The translations under genes and the position numbers were made by a program. The notes beneath the pieces were generated by a model, which worked only from the letters and a program-made list of their open reading frames with translations, was not told where the DNA came from and made no database searches. Below, piece by piece: positions 9,261 to 18,642 of a stretch of 24,389 nt of DNA; within the stretch, counting starts at the first letter, position 1, and every line of letters begins with the position of its first letter. The stretch is from Ignavibacteria bacterium (GTDB lineage: Bacteria; Elusimicrobiota; Endomicrobiia; PHAN01), in contig JBGFRZ010000021.1 of the NCBI GenBank assembly GCA_041694835.1, positions 1-24,389 of the forward strand, in the 5' to 3' direction.

Positions 9261-10296
9261 GGTGTTTTACGCGAAAAAAATAACACCCGAAAGCGTAGCG
9301 AAGGTTTTTGATGTCGTTGGCGCCGAGACGGTCGTAAAGGAAAATCATCTGACGGCGATAAAGATTCACTTCGGCGAAGAGGGGAATCTGGGTTACATAA
9401 AGCCCCATTTTGTCAAACCTGTTTCCGAAAAAATAAAATCATTCGGAGCCAAGCCTTTTCTTACCGACGCAAACACCATATACATCGGATCGCGATCAAA
9501 CGCCATTGATCACACCACAGTCGCTCTTCGGCATGGTTTTACAGTAGAAAATACGGGCGCCCCCGTGATAATTTCAGACGGACTCAGGGGCAATGCCGGT
9601 GTCGAAGTCGAAGTAAACCTTAAACATTTCAAAAACGTTTCAGTATCTAACGCCGTCCATTATGCGGATTCGATAGTTTTTATGACGCATTTCAAGGGTC
9701 ACGAGATAACCGGCTTCGGCGGAGCTCTGAAGAATATGGGGATGGGTTGTGCGACGAGGGAGGGGAAGTATCGGCAACATAATTCCGTCGCCCCGAAACT
9801 GAATATCGATAACTGTTGCGGCTGCGGCGTGTGTGTCAGGTGGTGTCCGTCGGGAGCGTTGAATCTTAAATCTGACAGATATATAAGTTTCAGTGAAGAT
9901 AAGTGCGTTGGTTGCGGAGAGTGCATCCTCTCGTGTCCCTCGGAAGTTTTTAAGATACCGTGGAACAACGCTACAAGCGATGTACAGGAAAAGATGGTCG
10001 AATACGCCGTCGGGGCAGTCAGAAACAAGGGATGCGTTTACATAAATTTCTTGAATTTCATCACAAAGCACTGCGACTGCTGGGAGACCAGGGAGAAGCC
10101 ATATTTCGATGAGCTGGGCGTTATGGCTTCGCTGGATCCCGTCGCTATTGATGCCGCGTCGCTGGATATGGTAAACATCGCCCACGGAGGCGACTTCTTC
10201 AGATATATCTTTCCTTCGATAGATTGGAATGTTCAATTAGATTATGCTCGGGAGATTGGACTGGGCGCAAGAAAATACGAACTGGTTGCAATTTGA
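9253..10296 (+). CDS. DUF362-family Fe-S protein with 2x[4Fe-4S] ferredoxin domain
   Basis: AIKIHFGE, FLTDANT.Y.G.R, THFKGH..TGFGGALKN.GMGC, two CxxCxxCxxxCP motifs, CDC, ASLDPVAID. Confidence 0.88.
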   Translation: MNKVFYAKKITPESVAKVFDVVGAETVVKENHLTAIKIHFGEEGNLGYIKPHFVKPVSEKIKSFGAKPFLTDANTIYIGSRSNAIDHTTVALRHGFTVENTGAPVIISDGLRGNAGVEVEVNLKHFKNVSVSNAVHYADSIVFMTHFKGHEITGFGGALKNMGMGCATREGKYRQHNSVAPKLNIDNCCGCGVCVRWCPSGALNLKSDRYISFSEDKCVGCGECILSCPSEVFKIPWNNATSDVQEKMVEYAVGAVRNKGCVYINFLNFITKHCDCWETREKPYFDELGVMASLDPVAIDAASLDMVNIAHGGDFFRYIFPSIDWNVQLDYAREIGLGARKYELVAI

Positions 10297-10297
10297 T

Positions 10298-10768
10298 ATG
10301 CATCATCAGCCGCTCTTTCTGGTTGATTTTATGCTCGGACGTCTTGCAAGACGTTTGAGGGCGATAGGGTACGACGCCAAATATGTCGGCTTTTCCGACG
10401 ACAGAGAACTGTCCCTTGTAAGCCTCAGGGAGAATAGAGTCATACTTACAAGGCACAGCAAAATTAGTCCGCGGAAGTCGTGGAAACTCATATTTATAAA
10501 AAGCAACAACCCGGACGAACAGTTGAAACAGGTTGTTGAAACTTTGAAATTAGAACTGAAAAAAGATGAGCTCTTCAGCGTCTGCTCTATTTGCAACGCG
10601 GCGGTTCTGCCGGTCGGGAAGGAAAGCGTAAAATCAAAAGTCCCCGGGTATGTATATAAGACCCTTGACGAGTTTTCGGCATGTCCGTCGTGCGGGAGGA
10701 TTTACTGGAGGGGAACGCATTATGACCTTCTGCTCAAGCATCTTGGGCGAATCGGATTAAAGGTGTGA
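10298..10768 (+). CDS. Mut7-C RNase domain protein (DUF82 type)
   Basis: FLVDFMLGRLARRLRAIGYD, ENRVILTR, CxxCN and CPSCGRIYWRGTH zinc ribbon. Confidence 0.9.
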   Translation: MHHQPLFLVDFMLGRLARRLRAIGYDAKYVGFSDDRELSLVSLRENRVILTRHSKISPRKSWKLIFIKSNNPDEQLKQVVETLKLELKKDELFSVCSICNAAVLPVGKESVKSKVPGYVYKTLDEFSACPSCGRIYWRGTHYDLLLKHLGRIGLKV

Positions 10769-11247
10769 AAAAAAAATTTTTGGCTTTTGACTATGCTTTG
10801 AAGATGATTTCCATAAGGGACAGATCAGAAAAAGAGCTCAGAGAAAAACTCGGAAAGAAAAATTATCAAATGGCGGAGATCGAAAATGCGGTCGAAAAAT
10901 TAAAGATGTATAACTATATAAACGACGAGAAGTTTGCCGAACAATTTGTGAAGTCTCGCATAAGTTCAGGTAGGTCAAGAGTTCTTATTAAATCCGAACT
11001 GAAAAAATTCGGCATAGATGATGCTCTGATTTCGTCGGTGTTAGAGAAATCAATGCCCGCATATGATGAAGAGGTGAAGATGGCAATTGCTCTGGCGAAA
11101 AAAAAACTCAAAAAGGGCAGCCCGCCGGAAAAAATTTTAAGCCGAATAATCGGTTTTTTGGCAAGGAGGGGGTTTAGTTGGGATGTTATATCAGCGGTTT
11201 TAAGAAAGATAAAACCCGATATTTATTCAAACGGAGACGATATATGA
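10765..11247 (+). CDS. recX: Regulatory protein RecX
   Basis: RDRSEKELREKL, YINDEKFA, ELKKFGID, FLARRGF. Confidence 0.92.
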   Translation: MKKKFLAFDYALKMISIRDRSEKELREKLGKKNYQMAEIENAVEKLKMYNYINDEKFAEQFVKSRISSGRSRVLIKSELKKFGIDDALISSVLEKSMPAYDEEVKMAIALAKKKLKKGSPPEKILSRIIGFLARRGFSWDVISAVLRKIKPDIYSNGDDI

Positions 11248-12755
11248 AAAAAAGGGTTCTGATAAGCGTTTACGACAAAAGCGGTATAGTTGAATTAGGG
11301 AAGGGGCTATCGTCGCTTGGTTATGAGATAGTGGCCACAGGGGGGAGCTGCGATGTATTAAGAAAAGCGAGGATAAACGTTGTCGAAGTTTCCAAAATTA
11401 CCGGTTTTCCGGAGGTTTTAGATGGACGAGTGAAAACGCTCCATCCCGCCATCCACAGCGGGATATTGGCTAAAAGAAATAAGAAGCATCTATCCGAGAT
11501 AAAGAGGCAAAAAATATCGCCGATCGATATTGTGATAGTTAATCTATATCCATTTGAGGAAAAACCGTCCGTTGAAAACATAGATATCGGAGGGGTGTCG
11601 TTGCTTCGTTCAGCCGCTAAAAATCACGAGAGCGTCCTTGCCGTATGCTCGAAGGAAGATTACAAATCCGTCATTGACGGTTTGCGAAAAGGGGCAATAA
11701 CAAAAGATTTTAGAAAACATCTTGCCGCGAAAGCATTTAATCACATCTCATATTATGATGCTCTGATATCGCGTTCGCTCGGATATCTTGAGGATTTTCC
11801 GTCTAAAAAGGTAATTGTGTTGAAAAATATCGGCACATTAAGATACGGAGAGAACCCGCACCAGCGCGCCTCTATATATGTTTTGCCGAATGAGGAAGGT
11901 CGTCCTGGCGCCATGAGACAATTACAGGGGAAAGAATTGTCATATAACAATTATATAGATTTGGATGCTGCGTACAATCTTGTGTGCGAATTCAAAGAGC
12001 CGAGCTGTGCGATAATAAAACATACAAATCCTTGCGGCGTCGCTTCAGATAAAGACGCGTTTACGGCATACATAAATGCGTTTTCCTGCGACACCGTTTC
12101 TGCTTTCGGAGGAATCGTCGCTTTCAATAAAACTGTCGATAAAAAAACCGCCAAAGAGGTGACAAAAACATTTGCGGAATGTGTGATAGCGCCCGCGTAC
12201 GCTAAAGATGCCATAAGAATCTTCTCAGCGAAAGAGGACCTGCGCGTTCTCGCCACCCCGTTGTTCGAAAGCGACCGAAAATCAATGGAATTACGAACCA
12301 TAAGCGGCGGTGTTCTTCTACAAGAGCGCGATTCGATAACTTACGGTGCGCTTGAATGCGTGACATCCCAAAAACCATCGAAGGAGGCGATGAAGTCGCT
12401 GAAGTTCGCAATGACGGTCGCAAAATATGTCAAATCAAACGCGATAATCCTTGCTCTTGGGAGTAGAACAGTTGGGATTGGAGCTGGACAGATGTCCCGT
12501 ATAGATGCGTTGAAAATCGCTTCGATGAAAATGACAACGTGCGTTCAGTCGCTTCGTGGACAGATAGAAAAGCCGCTCGTCATGGCGAGCGACGCTTTTT
12601 TCCCTTTCGACGATGTCGTTCATGAGGCGTATAAAATAGGTGTGAAAGCGATAATACAGCCCGGCGGCTCTATAAGGGACGGCGACTCCAAAGAGGCATG
12701 CAACGGACTCGGCATTTCGATGATATTCACGGGCATAAGACATTTCAGACACTAG
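11244..12755 (+). CDS. purH: Bifunctional AICAR transformylase / IMP cyclohydrolase
   Basis: LISVYDK, GRVKTLHP, ENIDIGG, LRYGENPHQ, KHTNPCG, KSNAI, GAGQMSR, ASDAFFPF, IQPGGS, RHFRH C-terminus. Start ATG 11244. Confidence 0.98.
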   Translation: MKKRVLISVYDKSGIVELGKGLSSLGYEIVATGGSCDVLRKARINVVEVSKITGFPEVLDGRVKTLHPAIHSGILAKRNKKHLSEIKRQKISPIDIVIVNLYPFEEKPSVENIDIGGVSLLRSAAKNHESVLAVCSKEDYKSVIDGLRKGAITKDFRKHLAAKAFNHISYYDALISRSLGYLEDFPSKKVIVLKNIGTLRYGENPHQRASIYVLPNEEGRPGAMRQLQGKELSYNNYIDLDAAYNLVCEFKEPSCAIIKHTNPCGVASDKDAFTAYINAFSCDTVSAFGGIVAFNKTVDKKTAKEVTKTFAECVIAPAYAKDAIRIFSAKEDLRVLATPLFESDRKSMELRTISGGVLLQERDSITYGALECVTSQKPSKEAMKSLKFAMTVAKYVKSNAIILALGSRTVGIGAGQMSRIDALKIASMKMTTCVQSLRGQIEKPLVMASDAFFPFDDVVHEAYKIGVKAIIQPGGSIRDGDSKEACNGLGISMIFTGIRHFRH

Positions 12756-13092
12756 TGCTCTGTGCCATAAATAATTGACATTTTGCATGAGCGATTTTGG
12801 AGCGAAACAAAGAACGAGGAGTGAAGCATACCCTCTGTGGTATGTGAGCGACGAGTGATGAAGTTGTAGCCCAAAAGCGCCGTGCCCTTCGGGGTTCGTC
12901 ATCTTTGGGGCATTCTTAAGTCACTCCTCGCTTATGTAGCACTGCGGCTACACCGCACTCGTCGTTCCTTTCACCCCGTTAGATATTCAAAGTCGAATGG
13001 AATGAACACTGTTAGGTATCAATTATCTAACGGGGCGAACTGCCCTCAAATCTGACGAACCAAAATGCTCAACTATTTATGGCACAGAGCAC
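12755..13092. mobile_element. Non-coding MITE-like element with terminal inverted repeats and TA duplication
   Basis: TA|gtgctctgtgccataaataattga ... tcaactatttatggcacagagcac|TA (23/24 inverted match). No transposase ORF; internal hairpins. Confidence 0.85.
12972..13037. mobile_element. Palindromic-end element, copy 4, nested in the MITE
   Basis: tt|caccccgttagata ... tatctaacggggcg|aa; interior unrelated to copies 1-3. Confidence 0.8.
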
Positions 13093-13096
13093 TAAT

Positions 13097-13498
13097 ATGA
13101 AAAAATTCGATGAGCTTGTCCGGGTTTTCGATAAACTGCATTCAAAGAACGGTTGCAAGTGGGACAAATCGCAGACCCACGAAAGTCTTTTGAAATATCT
13201 GAAAGAAGAGACGAAAGAATTCATAGATGCCGTAAACTCCGGAAATTCGCATCACATGGCAGAAGAGCTCGGAGACATCCTTCTTCAGATTATGTTTCAC
13301 GCTCAGATAGCTAAAAAAAACAAAGAATTCGATGTAGAGGATGTCATCGTTCTTCTCATAAAGAAGCTAAAAAGACGACATCCGCATGTTTTTGCCGCAA
13401 AATCTCAAGAATCTCTGATTCGGGGTAAGAAAATTAAGTTAATAATAGCAAATTGGCGCAGAATAAAGAAGACGGAAAGATTGAAGCATGGCAAATAA
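13097..13498 (+). CDS. mazG: Short single-domain MazG nucleotide pyrophosphohydrolase
   Basis: GCKWDKSQTHESL, EETKE, EELGDILLQIMFHAQIA, KLKRRHPHVF. Start ATG 13097; the 13079 ATG lies in the MITE end. Confidence 0.9.
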   Translation: MKKFDELVRVFDKLHSKNGCKWDKSQTHESLLKYLKEETKEFIDAVNSGNSHHMAEELGDILLQIMFHAQIAKKNKEFDVEDVIVLLIKKLKRRHPHVFAAKSQESLIRGKKIKLIIANWRRIKKTERLKHGK

Positions 13499-13509
13499 TA
13501 AAAAGCAAA

Positions 13510-13718
13510 TAACCACAGATTACACGGATTACATGGAAAAAACAAAAAAAGAGTTCAGCGCAGTTTATCTGTGTCTATCTGTGTTAATCCCGCCAAGGCG
13601 GGACAAGTTCTGTGGTTACAAATTAAAAAATACCTAACCACGAATGACATGGATTACACGGAAAAAACCAAGAACAGAAAATATCATAATCTGTGAAAAT
13701 CTGTCTAATCCGTGGTTA
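13510..13718. repeat. Two tandem hairpin units built from 9-nt repeats (CACRGATTA / TAATCYGTG)
   Basis: Unit 1: 13510-13618, taaccacagattacacggatt ... atctgtgtctatctgtgttaatc..tgtggtta. Unit 2: 13635-13718, taaccacg..ggattacacgg ... aatctgtgaaaatctgtctaatccgtggtta. Confidence 0.8.
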
Positions 13719-13730
13719 TAAAATTAGGCA

Positions 13731-16370
13731 ATGAAATCATCCGAAGTCAGAAAATTATTTCTTGAATTTTTCCGCAAAAAAGGCCATGAGGTTCTTCCTT
13801 CGGATTCTCTTATACCGTCGAGCGACCCAACGCTTCTTTTCACATCGGCGGGAATGGTTCAGTTTAAGAATTACTTCACGGGGGTGCAGAAGGGGCTTAA
13901 AAGAGTCGCCACATCCCAGAAATGCTTCAGGACGACCGACATAGAAAAGATAGGTCATACCCCGCGGCACCTCAGCTTTTTCGAGATGCTCGGAAATTTT
14001 TCCTTCGGAGATTATTTCAAGGAAGAAGCGATAATATGGGCTTGGGAGTTCCTGATTGAAACGATGGGACTCTCCGCAAAGGATATCTATGTCACGATTT
14101 ACAAGGACGACGCCAAATCCGGGGAAATATGGAAAAAGATAGCGCCTGTCGAAAAAATTTACAAACTCGGAGAGAACACCAACTTTTGGAACATGGGCCC
14201 GACAGGTCCCTGTGGGCCTTGTTCAGAGATAATATACGACCTTGGAAAAGAATTCGGCTGTGGCAGGAAAAACTGTAATCCCGGCTGCGACTGTCCAAGA
14301 TGGCTTGAGCTCTGGAACCTTGTTTTTACGCAGTTTGATAGATCTGCCGACGGAGACATAACGCCCCTCCCTGAGAAAAACATAGACACCGGGATGGGTC
14401 TTGAGAGGCTTGTGATGGTCGCAAATTCGAAGAAAGACGTCTTTGAAACCGATCTCTTTGAGTCGACAATAAAGAGCGCCGCTGAAATCCTGAGAGTCGG
14501 AGAGATAAAAAAAGAATATCTTCCTAACCTCAAAATAATAGCCGACCACTGTCGCTCGATACTTTTTCTTATGTCCGACGGAATAACCGTCTCCAACGAG
14601 GGAAGGGGCTATGTTTTAAGGAGAATAATAAGACGCGCGCAAAGGTCTGGAAGGATTATGGGGAGCGAAAGGCCTTTCCTGTATAAGATAATTCCGAAAG
14701 TTGCAGATACGATGTCGCAGTCTTTCCCCGAGATTATGACCCACATAGACAACATAGGGCTTCTTCTCAAAAATGAAGAGGAGAAATTTCTCGAAACGCT
14801 TGATGCCGGACTCAAGGTTCTTGACGACATACTCGAGTCAAAAAATTTTTTATCGGGACAGGATGCTTTTTATCTCTACGAAACATATGGCTTTCCTTTC
14901 GATATGACCCAGGAGCTCTGCGGCGAGAAAAACATAAAAGTGGACGAAAAAGGTTTTGCCGAAGTGCAGAGAGAGGCGAAGGAACTCTCAAGGGCTTCGT
15001 GGAAGGGGGCGTCCGTCCAATCCGCGGCAATTTATGAAAATATAAAAAATGAAACTGGAAAGTCTTTGTTTTCGGGCTATGAAAAAAGCGAACTTACGGC
15101 GAAGATAATGGCCACAATCAAGGACGGAAAAGTCGTGGAGAAGCTTTCCGAAAACGACGAGGGTGAGATCATACTCGACAATACGCCTTTTTACGCAGAA
15201 AGCGGGGGACAGATGGGAGATACCGGAAGAATCGCCAAATCGAACAAAGAAGACAGATGGCTCGCTGTCGCAGAGGTTGACGCCACTCAAAAGCCCGTGG
15301 AAGATATAATAACTCACAAAGTCAAGGTAACAAAAGGGGAATTCAGGGCAGGTGACGAGGTAACCGCTTCTATAGATATCAAAAGAAGAAAAGACATAGC
15401 GAGGCATCACACTGCGACGCATCTTTTGCACAAGGCATTGAGAGAGATTTTAGGAAACAGCGTTGTTCAGTCGGGTTCGCTTGTTGCCTGGGATTATTTA
15501 AGGTTTGACTTCAGCTATCCGGTAGCGCTCAAACCCGACGAGATATTTGAAGCGGAGAAGGCGGTCAACGACTTTGTAAAAAGAAACCTTCCGGTCTGTG
15601 TTGCGGAGGAAGACATAGAAAACGCAAAAAAGAAAGGGGCGATGGCTCTTTTCGGGGAAAAATACGGCAAAAAGGTTCGCACTGTCTCAGTGAACAATTT
15701 GAACGGAGAAACACCCGTTTCGATTGAGCTTTGCGGCGGAACCCATGTGAAAAACACAGGCGAGCTCGGTTTCTTTAAGATAGTTTCGGAGTCCTCAATA
15801 GGAAGCGGAACGAGAAGGATTCATGCTGTGGCGGGCACTGCCGCGGAAAACCACGTGATTAGGTTAGAGAGGCTTCTTGAGGAAGTATCCGAGAGCATGA
15901 AAGCGTCGCCCGAAGATCTGCCTCGAAGGATTCGCAAACTTATATTGGAATATAGGGAACTTGAGAGGGAGCTCGAAAAAATCAGGATGACACGCGCTTC
16001 TGCCGACATTTCCGAAAAAATGAAAAACACAAAGGATATTAAAGGCGTGAAATTTTTCGCTGATATTCTCTATGAATACGATGAAAAGATGCTACCATCT
16101 CTCGCCGACAGCATAATGGAAAAAGTGAAATCCGGGGTGGTGATGCTTGTAAACAAACAAAAAGAGCGGTATTCTTTTATAATCAACGTTTCTCGTGATC
16201 TGGCAAAAGAGCCTGTGACGGCAAAAAATATGGCCGACGCTTTCGCCAGAGTATCGGGAGCCTCGGGCGGAGGAAAAGATAACTTCGCCAGAGGAGGCGG
16301 GAAAGACGGGGCGAAAATAGAGAACGGAATAGATGCCGTGAAAGAATTTCTGTCCAAGAATTTAGCTTAA
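13731..16370 (+). CDS. alaS: Alanine--tRNA ligase
   Basis: DPTLLFTSAGMVQFK, FFEMLGNFSFGDYFK, GPCGPCSEI, IDTGMGLER, HHTATHLLH and ELCGGTHV editing motifs, GGGK..FARGG. Confidence 0.99.
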   Translation: MKSSEVRKLFLEFFRKKGHEVLPSDSLIPSSDPTLLFTSAGMVQFKNYFTGVQKGLKRVATSQKCFRTTDIEKIGHTPRHLSFFEMLGNFSFGDYFKEEAIIWAWEFLIETMGLSAKDIYVTIYKDDAKSGEIWKKIAPVEKIYKLGENTNFWNMGPTGPCGPCSEIIYDLGKEFGCGRKNCNPGCDCPRWLELWNLVFTQFDRSADGDITPLPEKNIDTGMGLERLVMVANSKKDVFETDLFESTIKSAAEILRVGEIKKEYLPNLKIIADHCRSILFLMSDGITVSNEGRGYVLRRIIRRAQRSGRIMGSERPFLYKIIPKVADTMSQSFPEIMTHIDNIGLLLKNEEEKFLETLDAGLKVLDDILESKNFLSGQDAFYLYETYGFPFDMTQELCGEKNIKVDEKGFAEVQREAKELSRASWKGASVQSAAIYENIKNETGKSLFSGYEKSELTAKIMATIKDGKVVEKLSENDEGEIILDNTPFYAESGGQMGDTGRIAKSNKEDRWLAVAEVDATQKPVEDIITHKVKVTKGEFRAGDEVTASIDIKRRKDIARHHTATHLLHKALREILGNSVVQSGSLVAWDYLRFDFSYPVALKPDEIFEAEKAVNDFVKRNLPVCVAEEDIENAKKKGAMALFGEKYGKKVRTVSVNNLNGETPVSIELCGGTHVKNTGELGFFKIVSESSIGSGTRRIHAVAGTAAENHVIRLERLLEEVSESMKASPEDLPRRIRKLILEYRELERELEKIRMTRASADISEKMKNTKDIKGVKFFADILYEYDEKMLPSLADSIMEKVKSGVVMLVNKQKERYSFIINVSRDLAKEPVTAKNMADAFARVSGASGGGKDNFARGGGKDGAKIENGIDAVKEFLSKNLA

Positions 16371-18047
16371 ATGCTATCTTCCATTCATTTAAAAAACTAC
16401 ATTCTAATCGACAACCTTAATATAGAATTCGCCGACGGGCTGAACATATTTACGGGAGAAACCGGCGCCGGTAAGTCCATAATATTTGACGCCGTCGGCA
16501 TACTTCTTGGCGACAAAATCACACAAGGGATAATAAGAAAGGGCGCGAACCACTGCTCGGTATCCGGGGTGTTTTTGGTTGAAAAAAATCCGGATGCCTT
16601 GAAGCTTTTGAGTGAAAGAGGGATAGATGCCTCTGAAGGCCAGATCATAATAAGGCGCGAGACTGACTCGGGCGGGAAAAGCCGATGCTTCATAAACGAC
16701 GAAATCGTTTCGGTTAACTTTCTTTCCGAGCTCGGCTATTTTCTGCTCGACATACACGGGCAAAATCAGCATCAGAGCCTGCTTAAACTTTCATATCAGA
16801 GGGATTTTCTCGACGGTTACGCCGGTCTTGAAGATGAATTGACGTCTTACAGGAAAATATACGATGCCTGGCAGGGTTTGAAATCGAAACTCGAATCTCT
16901 GAATATCAGCGTCCAGGAAAGAGAACGGCTCATAGACCTCTATAAGTTTCAGGTTGACGAAATAAAGTCGGCAAATCTTGCATCAGGAGACGAGGAATCG
17001 ATAAGGGAAAAACTGCCGCAAATGAAAAATCAGGGCAAACTAAAGGAAGTTGTCTCGGCGATGTGGGGTCGCGTGTATGAAGACGACGACTCGCTAACGG
17101 CAACACTCGGTAAAATCAGGGAGCTTATGGAGAAAGCGTCAACATACGGCGCTCCTTTCGAGAAGTACATTGATGTATTAAACGAGACGTTCTTGAAAAT
17201 CGACGAATTAAAGGACGGCATATCAGGATATCTTGACACAGTGGAAGGATTTGACGACAGAATGATAGACGAACTTATAACGAAGCTAGACAAAATAGAA
17301 AAGCTCAGGAAAAAATACGGTTCAACAATTGAAGAGATAAACGCGTATATGCATAAAGCGGAAACCAATCTGGAAAATCTTTGCATGAGCGACGATATAA
17401 GGAAAGACGTGGAGGGGGAACTTAAAAATTCGGAAAAAAAACTAAATGAAGCCGCCTCAAAAATTTCAAAGGAAAGAATCTCCGCCGCCGAAAAGCTTTC
17501 GAGCTCCGTCTTAAAAGAATTGAAAGATCTCGGCATGCCGAAGTCAAAGTTTATAGTCGGGATTGAGAAAGAGCAGACACCCGGGCCTTGTGGAAGGGAC
17601 AAGGTTGAGTTTTTTTTCTCGGCGAATCCGGGCGAAGACCCGAGGCCGCTCAAAGAGATAATTTCGGGCGGCGAAATGTCCCGCTTTATGCTCGCTTTGA
17701 AAACCGTCGAGTCGGGAAGTATCCCATCGCTTATGTTCGATGAGCTCGACGCTGGTTTGAGCGGCCCGATGGGGCAGACGGTCGGGAAAAAACTTCTTTG
17801 TCTTTCGGAAAAATCACAGGTGATATCGATTACGCATCTTCCTCAGATAGCGGCTTTCGCACGGAGGCATTTCGTCGTCGAGAAATCCGCCGAGAAAGAC
17901 AAAACAACGACTCGAATAAGATATCTCAAAAATGAAGAATCCGTGGATGAGATAGCCAGGATGCTCTCTGGTAGAAAAATCACGGATTCGGCGAAGCAAC
18001 ACGCCGAGGAGCTTGTAGAACAAGCACGCAGGGCTTCACCCCGTTAG
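16371..18047 (+). CDS. recN: DNA repair protein RecN
   Basis: Walker A TGETGAGKS, DIHGQ, coiled coil, SANPGE, SGGEMSR signature, FDELDAG Walker B, ITHLPQIAA. Confidence 0.97.
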   Translation: MLSSIHLKNYILIDNLNIEFADGLNIFTGETGAGKSIIFDAVGILLGDKITQGIIRKGANHCSVSGVFLVEKNPDALKLLSERGIDASEGQIIIRRETDSGGKSRCFINDEIVSVNFLSELGYFLLDIHGQNQHQSLLKLSYQRDFLDGYAGLEDELTSYRKIYDAWQGLKSKLESLNISVQERERLIDLYKFQVDEIKSANLASGDEESIREKLPQMKNQGKLKEVVSAMWGRVYEDDDSLTATLGKIRELMEKASTYGAPFEKYIDVLNETFLKIDELKDGISGYLDTVEGFDDRMIDELITKLDKIEKLRKKYGSTIEEINAYMHKAETNLENLCMSDDIRKDVEGELKNSEKKLNEAASKISKERISAAEKLSSSVLKELKDLGMPKSKFIVGIEKEQTPGPCGRDKVEFFFSANPGEDPRPLKEIISGGEMSRFMLALKTVESGSIPSLMFDELDAGLSGPMGQTVGKKLLCLSEKSQVISITHLPQIAAFARRHFVVEKSAEKDKTTTRIRYLKNEESVDEIARMLSGRKITDSAKQHAEELVEQARRASPR

Positions 18048-18427
18048 TGTGGTGTCACTAAGAGTTCTTTACATTTGAATCCCCGATAAAAGGGTTTTTT
18101 AACAATTTTTACTGACGAACAATCAAATGTTTCGCGAGATAATAAAAATGTATCTTTAACGGGTTGATTTTGTCTGCCAAAAGAGTTAAAATAAGGTAAT
18201 AGCCAAACAATTCGCACCAAACTAAAGAGAACCAAAAATGTTTGTGAAGCGGGATTTCGTGGAGCCACGCCTTAATAAACTAAAGTTGTAAGTAAAAATT
18301 TTGCGTGGCGAAACGTTAAGCGAACTTTAAGATATAAATTCATATATGTTCTCGTCGTGTGAGCGGTCCCGCAAACAAATATTTTTGGTGTGTTTTCATT
18401 GGCTATTACCTAAAATAAAAGTATCCG

Positions 18428-18640
18428 ATGGATAAACAATCAAAGGTCGTAATAGATAAAAACAGGTGCAAGGGCTGTGCGCTCTGCATTGTCTACTGCC
18501 CCCAAAGCTCCCTCTCGCTTTCAAGGGAGCTCAACAAACTTGGAGTATATCCTGTTGAATTTACTGACGATAAATCCTGCACTTCTTGCGGATTTTGCTA
18601 TATGGTCTGTCCCGAGGTATGCATAGAGGTCTATAAATAA
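18428..18640 (+). CDS. 2x[4Fe-4S] ferredoxin, delta subunit of 2-oxoacid:ferredoxin oxidoreductase
   Basis: CKGCALCIVYCP and CTSCGFCYMVCP; first gene of the oxidoreductase cluster. Confidence 0.92.
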   Translation: MDKQSKVVIDKNRCKGCALCIVYCPQSSLSLSRELNKLGVYPVEFTDDKSCTSCGFCYMVCPEVCIEVYK

Positions 18641-18642
18641 TA

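Noticed and set aside
12435-12902. 155-aa minus-strand ORF as a transposase of the MITE
   Set aside because: Mostly antisense to purH, with no DDE or HUH motifs.
13499-13730. T-box leader for alaS
   Set aside because: No T-box consensus (GGTGGNACCGCG) or terminator; the region is explained by 9-mer inverted arrays.
18044-18268. 74-aa minus ORF, or a second TA-flanked MITE, downstream of recN
   Set aside because: No recognisable domain; candidate terminal repeats match only about 10/15.
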